Part shown: positions 39,266 to 46,846 of the stretch, one piece after another
How positions within the stretch are numbered: the first letter of the stretch is position 1
Layout of the letters: each line of letters starts with the position of its first letter
Position numbers and translations under genes: made by a program
The notes under the pieces: generated by a model
Seen by the model: only the letters and a program-made list of their open reading frames with translations
What the model was told of the DNA's origin: nothing
Databases searched by the model: none
Assembly (NCBI GenBank): GCA_040903745.1
Contig: JBBDUV010000063.1
Coordinates: forward strand, 42,432 to 106,431
Source of the DNA: Bacteroidales bacterium
GTDB taxonomy: Bacteria > Bacteroidota > Bacteroidia > Bacteroidales > GCA-2748055
Direction of reading: 5' to 3'
Length of the DNA stretch: 64,000 nucleotides

Positions 39266-40942
39266 CTATTTGTTATTTTCTGCCAGAGGTAACACGATCG
39301 AAAAGGTGGTCCCTTTGCCAGGATGAGAATCAACTTTTATTTTTCCCTTGTGGTTTTCAACGATGCCATGTACAATGGCCAGTCCCAGGCCTATACCACT
39401 TGACTCCCTTTTAGTTGAATAGAATGGTTCAAAGATATGCGGTAGTTCCTGTTCCGATATCCCCGTGCCATTATCAATTATATCCAGCTTGAAATGGTTT
39501 TCATCCGGATTGGTGGTTCTGATGATGATCTCACCTTTTTCGCTGACTGCCTCCGAAGAGTTAACCAGCATAGCAACACAGGCTTGTTTTATCTGATTGG
39601 GGCTGCAACCTACCATGTCATTGTTTGCCCTGAAATCCATTTCGAATGCGATGTCGGCCATCTTGATTGTATGCAGCATCAGCCTGTATGTCTCATTTAA
39701 AATCCGGTGCAGGCTTGTAATCTCAAAATCATCCCTGTCTTTTTTTGAGAAATCCAACAACCCCTTCACAATATCGCCGCACCGCTTGGTCTCCGTTTCA
39801 ATAAGCTTCAGGTTTTTTAGGATTGAATCTTTCCTGGCATGGTAAAAATCCGAACTACTCAGCTGCTTGTGCACCAGCTTACAGTAGACGAGAATGCCCG
39901 ACAATGGATTATTAATCTCATGGGCCACCGATGAAGAGAGTTTACCGAGGGAAGCGATTCTCTCTACATGGATCAGTTCATTCTGGGCCTCTGAAAGCGC
40001 CTCTGATTTCTTCTGCACCTTATATTCCAGCTGCTGCGACCAGTTCTGAAGCTCTTCAGTTGCCCTGTCAATATTATCGAGCATATTATTGAATGCCTCG
40101 GAAACCAGCCGCATATCATCCAGAAGATGTGGTTCAAGCTTCAGCCTGATGCTGGTATCTCCACTGGAGACGGCCTCGCTGGCACTGACAATGGAGTTCA
40201 ATGGATCCTTTATCCGCTTGCGGGTGAAAACAACCAGAATACCAACCATGATTCCTGTTATTAAAAGTGCCAGCAGGAGGAAGTCGCGCGATGACCTGTC
40301 AATAAAGCTATCAAGATCACGCAATGGAAGATTGATGATCAGCGATCCCAGCACCTTTTCATCCTCATGGTGGGCATGGCAGGCGGCGGTATAACATGAA
40401 GGTTCATTTAGAATAGGCTTCCTTATTAGCAGGTGTCTTTCGCTGCTGCTTGCCTGGTATAACCCGCAACCAGGATGTTCGTCGAGAATGCGGTACTCCT
40501 TTTCCATGTAGGAGAACATGGAGGAGAGATCGGAGTGACAATCGTTGCAGTTGGGATTTCGCAAGTCGGCATATTCCGCTCCCAGGGAGGTATAGGCCAG
40601 CTGGTCATGCTCATCATACAGGTTTACCTCATTGATGCCCGACATTGTACCGATAATGTCCAGCTCACGCTGGAGCATCGCTTTGTCATTCTCCAGCATG
40701 GAGTAATAGAGTGCTCCCTCTGCAATGGAACTCACCTGGTCGCCGGTCTGACGGATCGTGGTATCAAACAGTTCCAGGTAGATGGTACGAAATACAACAT
40801 TGAAGAGTATAAAAAGAAGAAACAGTGATCCGGCAATGATGAACACCACCCTTCCATAAATCGATGACCTGAAACGGATATAGTTCCTTACCACCTTATT
40901 ATTTGTATTCCTCCTAAAAAATCCGACAAGGGGCCTTGTCAT
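39266..40942 (-). CDS. Sensor histidine kinase with a Cys/His-rich periplasmic domain (CXXCH + CX4CH), HAMP, HisKA and HATPase_c
   Basis: TM1 spans aa 31-52 and TM2 aa 221-240. The periplasmic motifs are 'CNDCH' (nt 40535-40549) and 'CYTAACH' (nt 40376-40396). The H-box is 'SVAHEINNPL', and the G-boxes are 'DNGTGI' and 'GIGLGL'. Confidence 0.85.
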   Translation of the reverse strand: MTRPLVGFFRRNTNNKVVRNYIRFRSSIYGRVVFIIAGSLFLLFILFNVVFRTIYLELFDTTIRQTGDQVSSIAEGALYYSMLENDKAMLQRELDIIGTMSGINEVNLYDEHDQLAYTSLGAEYADLRNPNCNDCHSDLSSMFSYMEKEYRILDEHPGCGLYQASSSERHLLIRKPILNEPSCYTAACHAHHEDEKVLGSLIINLPLRDLDSFIDRSSRDFLLLALLITGIMVGILVVFTRKRIKDPLNSIVSASEAVSSGDTSIRLKLEPHLLDDMRLVSEAFNNMLDNIDRATEELQNWSQQLEYKVQKKSEALSEAQNELIHVERIASLGKLSSSVAHEINNPLSGILVYCKLVHKQLSSSDFYHARKDSILKNLKLIETETKRCGDIVKGLLDFSKKDRDDFEITSLHRILNETYRLMLHTIKMADIAFEMDFRANNDMVGCSPNQIKQACVAMLVNSSEAVSEKGEIIIRTTNPDENHFKLDIIDNGTGISEQELPHIFEPFYSTKRESSGIGLGLAIVHGIVENHKGKIKVDSHPGKGTTFSIVLPLAENNK

Positions 40943-41084
40943 AGTATCTTGGTTTTTAATAAAATATCAATCTGCACATAAACCCGCCGGAATGTAGGCC
41001 AGGGAAACGTGTTGCCACTATTCCCCGGCATAATCAGTTGGACCGGGTGCTCTTTTGAACACCGGTTAAATTACGAAAAAACGG

Positions 41085-41795
41085 TCAATCTAAAAATTCC
41101 TTCTGAAATTTATTCCATACCTCTCCCGGCATCTCAGCCAGAGGGAAATCGGTCAGTTCTCCGCCCTCCTGCAACACAACATGCGATGATCCTTTGTTGA
41201 TTAGTTGCGCAGCTTCGGCCATAAAATCCTTGCAACGCACCAACTCCTCCTGTGACCAGACCACTGCCTCCTCATCCATTTTACAGTCACTGATCTCGGT
41301 TTTCCAGTTTTCCGGCTTCACCTTACAAATCCATCCCTTTCCATAGGGATCGCTGTTGATGAATCCCTCTTTTACCTGTACTTCAGAATTCAGCTTGCGG
41401 ATCTCTCCTGAAATGGGGGAGGCAATTTTTAACTTCCGGTCGCCGCTGGTAACAGTGGCGATGAGATCACCCTTGCTGACCCTTTCGCCTTCAGCCCGTA
41501 AAAAATCTACACTCACACCTCCTGTGATATGCAGCAGCAGGTCGTCCACTCCCACCCTGGCTGCTCCCGATTTCTCCAGGTAGGTCCAGGTATGATTGCG
41601 GTTATAGAACAGTCCTCTCGGAATACTTAAGAGGGCTGCTGAAAGGCCGTTCATCGATCTGACCAACTGTGTTTTTACACTCACCGGTCTGTTCAACAAG
41701 ATCCATGTTGGTATCAGGATCAAAAGAAATGCAATAATCACCAGATATTCAATACCCTTGGTTTCGAAAATATCCGTATACGTAAATGCTTCCAT
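41085..41795 (-). CDS. Membrane-anchored GcvH-like (lipoyl-fold) protein with a conserved C-terminal extension
   Basis: It has an N-terminal TM helix ('IEYLVIIAFLLILIPTWILL'). 'HTWTYLEKSGAARVGVDD...ASPISGEI...INSDPYGKGW' resembles glycine-cleavage H protein. It is a paralog of the C-terminal half of 44032-45759. Confidence 0.6.
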   Translation of the reverse strand: MEAFTYTDIFETKGIEYLVIIAFLLILIPTWILLNRPVSVKTQLVRSMNGLSAALLSIPRGLFYNRNHTWTYLEKSGAARVGVDDLLLHITGGVSVDFLRAEGERVSKGDLIATVTSGDRKLKIASPISGEIRKLNSEVQVKEGFINSDPYGKGWICKVKPENWKTEISDCKMDEEAVVWSQEELVRCKDFMAEAAQLINKGSSHVVLQEGGELTDFPLAEMPGEVWNKFQKEFLD

Positions 41796-41835
41796 AATTG
41801 TCTGTTAAAATTTAATTGTCTGTTAAAAAAATATT

Positions 41836-43065
41836 CTAATGGTCGTCATCCTTTGCCCATTCGGGAGGATCATTGTATACAGGCATGCGGTTCACAATCC
41901 ATCTGAAAACCCAAACCTCTGCAAATACAATGGTGAATGTAACCACTACCTCCATCCATGTTGGATAATAAGGAGTCGCGGAATCCCACCTGTAAGCAAT
42001 AATAGAAACGTTCAGCCGGTTAATCACAATTCCAACCATGGCCACAATAGCGGCCACCCTGGCCAGGGTGATGTTCACCTTCCTGTAGCTGACAAAGAAC
42101 AATACCATCGGGACCAGAACAAAGCCGATCATTTCGACCAGGTACCATAAACCCATGCGTGAATTCAGGTATTCCCAGTTTTTCCCATGTACAAAAACAA
42201 TGATGTGCATGAAGAAATAGACGAACATGGCAAAAGCACATATCTGTGAGAAGCTGTGGACAATCCCATTGTGGGCACGTTTATGTGTATCAGTAATTTT
42301 ATCGGCAAATACCTTTTTGCTGACAGATCCCTCGAAGATGACCATGGAAAGACCGGCAAATACACTGGATACAAGGAACAGAATAGGAATGAATTCATTG
42401 TACCACAGTGGATGAATCTTCTCCCTGGCCATAAGAAACAGGGCACCCAGACCCGACTGATGAAGTGTTGAGAGGGTGATTCCAAAGATCACTGCAGCGA
42501 TGGTCATCCCCGACAAGATCTTCCGTGCCCTTTTCGCCCCGAGCCATTCAGCGATCGCCGGTGAAAACTCGATCAGCTGTGCAACCATGTAAAGCAGGAA
42601 ATGCCAGGCGATCAAAAACAGGACGGAACTCGCTCCAAAACTGTTACCGATAATCGGGTTGATAATGCTTAACGGTCGACCCAGATCAAGCACCAGGGCC
42701 CCCGCATAGAACAGGTAGGCCAGGAAACCGTTAAGCACCGTTACACGAACGATGGATTTATACTTCTTAACGTTCAGTATATAGACGATGAACGTGAGTA
42801 CATAAGCGCCCCCGGCAAATGCGACACCGGTAACAACATTAAATCCTTTCCACAAACCCCAGGGAACCTCCTGGTCAATATTACTGACATACCCGAGTCC
42901 GTGAATAAACCTGAGGATAATGATAACAACGCCTGCCGTCATCACAGGTACGGAGATAATATTGAACCATGTAAAGGCTTTACCTCTGGGCTTTAGTTCG
43001 TCTGCCAGGAATTTCCAGATCGTTCTTCCGTTCCCGGGCTGTTCAATTGCTTCGATATTATTCAT
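41836..43065 (-). CDS. NrfD/HybB/PsrC-family polytopic membrane quinone-interacting subunit
   Basis: About 410 aa with about 10 TM helices ('VPWGLWKGFNVVTGVAFAGGAYVL'). It immediately follows the Tat-FeS subunit. The ATG at 43065 gives an 8-nt overlap with the FeS stop; the track's GTG at 43101 is an alternative. Confidence 0.8.
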   Translation of the reverse strand: MNNIEAIEQPGNGRTIWKFLADELKPRGKAFTWFNIISVPVMTAGVVIIILRFIHGLGYVSNIDQEVPWGLWKGFNVVTGVAFAGGAYVLTFIVYILNVKKYKSIVRVTVLNGFLAYLFYAGALVLDLGRPLSIINPIIGNSFGASSVLFLIAWHFLLYMVAQLIEFSPAIAEWLGAKRARKILSGMTIAAVIFGITLSTLHQSGLGALFLMAREKIHPLWYNEFIPILFLVSSVFAGLSMVIFEGSVSKKVFADKITDTHKRAHNGIVHSFSQICAFAMFVYFFMHIIVFVHGKNWEYLNSRMGLWYLVEMIGFVLVPMVLFFVSYRKVNITLARVAAIVAMVGIVINRLNVSIIAYRWDSATPYYPTWMEVVVTFTIVFAEVWVFRWIVNRMPVYNDPPEWAKDDDH

Positions 43066-43930
43066 TTTCGTTATCTTGTTTTGAATTATGTTTGGTTGCA
43101 CTATGAATTCCCAGGAGCACTGCAGGTGCCAGTACGAAAACAGAAGGCACGCTGTAGAGAAATCCCTTGGTTAATTCAGGATAAGGCTTTTTCTGGATCT
43201 TCGTATTGAATCCAAGCTCTTCAAAAGGCACTGCCGACAGGTAGAGCCAACCGGTTCCCCCTGCTTCATGCTCTCCATAGATCACATCGTGGTACATGCT
43301 GGGATAGTCGTTAATACGCTTACGCGCCTCTGCGATCAACTCACGCCGGTTGCCAAACTTAACAGCTTCTGCCGGACAGTTTTCCACGCAGGCGGGCAGC
43401 AGACCCTCTTTTACCCTGTCGTAGCACATATCACACTTCTGGATTTTCGGATTGGTACTGTGGTACTCAAACTTTGGAGCATCGAACGGACAGGAGATCA
43501 TACAGTACCTGCATCCCATGCTTTTGTCTTCACGCCATATAACTGATCCGTCCTTTTGCTTGTGCATGGCCCTGGTTAGACAAGCCGATACACATGCAGG
43601 TTGTGCGCACTGCATACACTGGGTTTTCACATAAAACTCACCTGCAGAAGTTTCGTATGCATTTACCACAGTACGACGTTTTTCATTCGCCATTCGCTTT
43701 AACCCCACTTCAGGTACATCTTCCAGATCCGGCCCTTCAAACCCATGTGCTTCTGCACATGCAATTTCACACCCCTGGCAACCTGCACACCATGTTGAAT
43801 CGAAAAGGATTCCATGAAACTCATTCTCCTCTTCAATAGGTTCAGCTGTTGCTCCCAGGGGCTTACCTGTTCCGAGTGCAACCCCCGTCAGGCCAAGCGC
43901 CTTTAAAAAATTTCTTCTGTCTACTCCCAT
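43058..43930 (-). CDS. Tat-exported 4x[4Fe-4S] ferredoxin-type subunit (HybA/NrfC/DmsB/PsrB family) with a C-terminal TM anchor
   Basis: The twin-arginine signal is 'VDRRNFLKALG'. Four Cys clusters are present: 'CAGCQGCEIAC', 'CMQCAQPACVSAC', 'CRYCMISCP' and 'CDMCYDRV...ACVENCP'. The hydrophobic tail is 'VPSVFVLAPAVLLGI'. Confidence 0.85.
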   Translation of the reverse strand: MGVDRRNFLKALGLTGVALGTGKPLGATAEPIEEENEFHGILFDSTWCAGCQGCEIACAEAHGFEGPDLEDVPEVGLKRMANEKRRTVVNAYETSAGEFYVKTQCMQCAQPACVSACLTRAMHKQKDGSVIWREDKSMGCRYCMISCPFDAPKFEYHSTNPKIQKCDMCYDRVKEGLLPACVENCPAEAVKFGNRRELIAEARKRINDYPSMYHDVIYGEHEAGGTGWLYLSAVPFEELGFNTKIQKKPYPELTKGFLYSVPSVFVLAPAVLLGIHSATKHNSKQDNENE

Positions 43931-43951
43931 TTTGATTGATTTTATTCTTTA

Positions 43952-44023
43952 GATAATTCACTTGGATAATTCACTTGGATAATTCACTGGATAATTCACT
44001 TGGATAATTCACTTGGATAATTT
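43952..44023. repeat. 13-bp tandem repeat GATAATTCACTTG x5.5, filling the intercistronic gap
   Basis: Copies lie at 43952, 43965, 43978 (12 nt, one T missing), 43990 and 44003, with a partial copy at 44016. The array lies between the stop at 44032 and the start at 43930 of two co-directional minus-strand genes. Confidence 0.9.
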
Positions 44024-44031
44024 ATTTTCGC

Positions 44032-45759
44032 TTAATTTTTGAGGAAACCTGACTGAAAATCTTCCCAGACCTCCGGTCCGAAATTCTTCAGAACCCCTTC
44101 CTGTACTTCACCACCGTCCTGCAGAACTACAGCATGTTCTGATTTAGGTTGTAAAACTTCGGCGAGAAAATCCTTTAGCCTGATAAACTCATACCTGATC
44201 CAATCCCTGTACTTTTGTCCGGTCATATAGGCAGTAAACTCCTCCCTCCAGTTTGTGGGCTCTACCAGATACACCCAACCTTTAGCAAATGGTTCGGTAT
44301 TGATCAGTGATGCGTTTGTCAACAGTTTACCATTTTGCTCCCTGACAATACCGGTAACAGGAGATTTTACCTCGAGTCGTTTCCCGTTTTGTATAATCGC
44401 AAAGACAGTTTCTCCCTTTTTCACCTTTTCTCCCGGACTTTTCATATCCACTTTGGTAATGGCACCTGTTATCTTTTGAAGAAAACAGTCAAGCCCGACC
44501 CTGATCCTGCCATCCTTCTCCATAAAGGTCCAGGTATGTGAACGGTCGAAGAAATATCCCCCGGGAACCTCTGAGGATTCGGCAACAAACGTTGTAGATT
44601 TCACCATGCTTCCCTGCTCTGGTAAAGGCTCCCTGCTGTTAAAAACACGTAGAACAAGGTATACAATGATTGCTCCTGCAAGAAGAGCCAGTATGACAAG
44701 CAGTAGCGGTGAGGCTAAATTCGGAGCAATATCAGGCTCACTGGCAGTAACCGGCGCAGCATCCAGGTTAGCAAGGATCACATCTCTTTCGCGCTCCATC
44801 AGTGGCGCATAACCATTGGCAGCAATCAGCTCCTGTCCCCTGCCCAACATCCAGCTAACCAGTTCCATTCCGGTTGCGGTTCCAGTTCCGGTTGCGGTTC
44901 CGGTTCCGGTTGCGGTTGCGGTTCCAGTTCCGGTTGCGGCTGATGCTTCAAGAGAGGTAACCGCAAAGATTCTGCTATAAAGTGTACCCGAATATTTACC
45001 GATCCAGACACCCCTGGCAAGTTCATCTACGCTTCCATAGATCTCTTCAAAGTGGTCCACCTTCCCGTTGTTATTCAAATCGACCGGAATCATAAGCACA
45101 CCGGGGGAAGATTTGGTGCGCTCCATCTCCAACAACTGGGTAAGCGTACAGAATCCAACCGCATTCAATTCACTTTTTACCTTGTCAACAACATCTTCAC
45201 AACTGCCCAGTATGGTACCTTGGATGGATGCTTCACCGGAATTTGTAAAATCTGACAGATAAGAATTAAAGGATGGGTCAGAAATCCGGTAAGCTGTTAC
45301 CGGTACATTACTGTTGTTGTGCAATACAGATCCCCATGTTGTAGATTCTCCAGGTGCATAAAGCGATGCAAACTCAACAGGAGAAATTCCCTGTTTCATG
45401 ATCTCATCCCGGTACCTGTTTCCGGGATTCATCACCGGAACATACACCTCTCTGCCAATCACACTGACCTTTGTTGTCCGCGGATCAACACCTTTCATGT
45501 AACTTTTGGTAAGAAATGCAATATGACCCGGCTTTCCGATCCATTCTCCCAGTTCAGCCTCATAAGCCTCAACCGATACGATCATGCCTTCGTTCTCCAA
45601 CATAAAGGCATCAGCACACTCTTTTACAACAGGGAAAAGATCAGGACTGCACCTGACCTGTATAGCCTCCGAAGAAGACCCCTCCGGTAACATGGCCCCA
45701 GCAAAAGCTTCTCCTGCAAACAGAGCCAATGAACAAATAAGAACTGCTAAATTTTTCAT
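44032..45759 (-). CDS. Signal peptide + periplasmic PBP-like (PstS-type) domain + TM helix + cytoplasmic GcvH-like domain fusion protein
   Basis: The start is taken at 'MKNLAVLICSLALFAGEAFA'. The periplasmic part resembles phosphate-binding-protein-like folds ('IAFLTKSY','VGFCTL','GYAPL'). A Thr-Gly/Thr-Ala low-complexity insert follows, then the TM helix 'LLLVILALLAGAIIVYLVL'. The C-terminal part is 'HTWTFMEKDGRIRVGLD...KSPVTGIV...INTEPFAKGW'. Confidence 0.6.
   Translation of the reverse strand: MKNLAVLICSLALFAGEAFAGAMLPEGSSSEAIQVRCSPDLFPVVKECADAFMLENEGMIVSVEAYEAELGEWIGKPGHIAFLTKSYMKGVDPRTTKVSVIGREVYVPVMNPGNRYRDEIMKQGISPVEFASLYAPGESTTWGSVLHNNSNVPVTAYRISDPSFNSYLSDFTNSGEASIQGTILGSCEDVVDKVKSELNAVGFCTLTQLLEMERTKSSPGVLMIPVDLNNNGKVDHFEEIYGSVDELARGVWIGKYSGTLYSRIFAVTSLEASAATGTGTATATGTGTATGTGTATGMELVSWMLGRGQELIAANGYAPLMERERDVILANLDAAPVTASEPDIAPNLASPLLLVILALLAGAIIVYLVLRVFNSREPLPEQGSMVKSTTFVAESSEVPGGYFFDRSHTWTFMEKDGRIRVGLDCFLQKITGAITKVDMKSPGEKVKKGETVFAIIQNGKRLEVKSPVTGIVREQNGKLLTNASLINTEPFAKGWVYLVEPTNWREEFTAYMTGQKYRDWIRYEFIRLKDFLAEVLQPKSEHAVVLQDGGEVQEGVLKNFGPEVWEDFQSGFLKN
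44869..44940. repeat. In-frame GGTTCC/GGTTGC microsatellite encoding a (T-G/T-A)n linker
   Basis: The plus strand reads CCGGTTGCGGTTCCAGTT-like 18-nt units, about 4 copies. They translate on the minus strand to 'ATGTGTATATGTGTATGTGTATG'. Confidence 0.8.
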
Positions 45760-45809
45760 ATTCCAGATTTTTAAAATCGTTCCGTAATTCATCATGACCT
45801 CAATATTTG

Positions 45810-45825
45810 CAATGCCAATTACAAA
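45810..45825 (-). promoter_or_regulatory. Weak candidate sigma-54 promoter (TGGCAT-N5-TTGTA)
   Basis: The minus strand reads TGGCATcatgtTTGTA, 51 nt upstream of the ATG at 45759. The spacing is correct and the -24 GG is present, but the -12 element is GT rather than the consensus GC. Confidence 0.25.
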
Positions 45826-45902
45826 CATGATGCCAGATGATATTAAAGTTCTGATTTACTGGTTTTTACGCTATAACGCAATGTCTATCAACAGGAGGGC
45901 AA

Positions 45903-45921
45903 GTGTTGTATTTTTCAACAC
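45903..45921. promoter_or_regulatory. Palindrome GTGTTG-N7-CAACAC (candidate enhancer/UAS)
   Basis: It lies about 95 nt upstream of the candidate sigma-54 promoter. Its half-sites recur at 45973-45983 and 46001-46009, separated by a 17-nt insert. Confidence 0.3.
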
Positions 45922-46102
45922 TCGAAAAATATATTTGTTGTTATTATCTGTTTTTCAATATGTTATATTGCATGTTGTATTTTACTACAGGTGATGTATA
46001 TTTCAACACCCAGCATTGTATAATATTGATTAGATGATATTTGTATGTTTATAATTTATATATATTGTCGAAAATAGCTTTCGAGTTGAGCTATTGTAAT
46101 CT

Positions 46103-46747
46103 TTAATCTCCCCCATATCCGAGGTCATAGATCTCACGAATCTCCTTTAATTTCTCTTCAAAATCAATTTTCAGGTCGACCAGTTCCCCGGAGTTCAGAT
46201 CGAAAACCCAGCCATGAACCACCGGATAACCATGCCCAAGGAAAGTCCTCTGGACAACGGCTGTTTTGATAATATTGATGCATTGCTCCTCGACGTTTAA
46301 CTCCACGAGACGGTCATATTTTCGTTGCTCATCGGTAATGGAGTTTAATTCCTTTCTGTGCAGGCGATACACATCCCTGATACTTCGCAGCCAGGGGTTG
46401 AGGATTCCCTGGTCCTGCGGTTCCATAGCTGCTTTCACACCACCACAACGGTAATGGCCACAAACCACAATATGTTTTACCTTCAACTGTTTTACAGCAT
46501 AGTTAATCACCGACATCACATTTAAGTCTGTATTTTGCACCATGTTGGCAATATTGCGGTGGACAAACACATCGCCCGGCTCGGCACCCATCATCTCCTC
46601 AGCGGAGACCCGGCTATCACTGCAGCCGATATACAAGAAATCCGGATTCTGATCCTTCGCCAGTTTCTCAAAAAAATGGTTGTCAGCAGCCTTTTTTTCT
46701 GCCACCCACCTTTTGTTGTTCTCAAATATCTTTTCGTATTCGGTCAT
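46103..46747 (-). CDS. can: Beta-class carbonic anhydrase
   Basis: 214 aa with 'CSDSRV' and 'HYRCGG' zinc-ligand motifs. Confidence 0.85.
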   Translation of the reverse strand: MTEYEKIFENNKRWVAEKKAADNHFFEKLAKDQNPDFLYIGCSDSRVSAEEMMGAEPGDVFVHRNIANMVQNTDLNVMSVINYAVKQLKVKHIVVCGHYRCGGVKAAMEPQDQGILNPWLRSIRDVYRLHRKELNSITDEQRKYDRLVELNVEEQCINIIKTAVVQRTFLGHGYPVVHGWVFDLNSGELVDLKIDFEEKLKEIREIYDLGYGGD

Positions 46748-46846
46748 AATAAAGCGTAGTTAATGAAACGAAACACTCTTACATCGAATTTCAACGGAGG
46801 CGGTTCTGCCAGACGGATAGACACCCTTTGTTGAAATCGTTAAAAT

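Noticed and set aside
43952-44023. A sigma-54-like TGG-N9-TTG pattern inside each 13-bp repeat on the plus strand.
   Set aside because: The spacing is off by one and the -12 GC is absent. The orientation would also drive antisense transcription into the upstream gene.
45794-45994. A 66-aa plus-strand ORF in the spacer between the redox cluster and can.
   Set aside because: It is AT-rich with an implausible composition, overlaps the candidate promoter/UAS region, and has no ribosome-binding context or motif.
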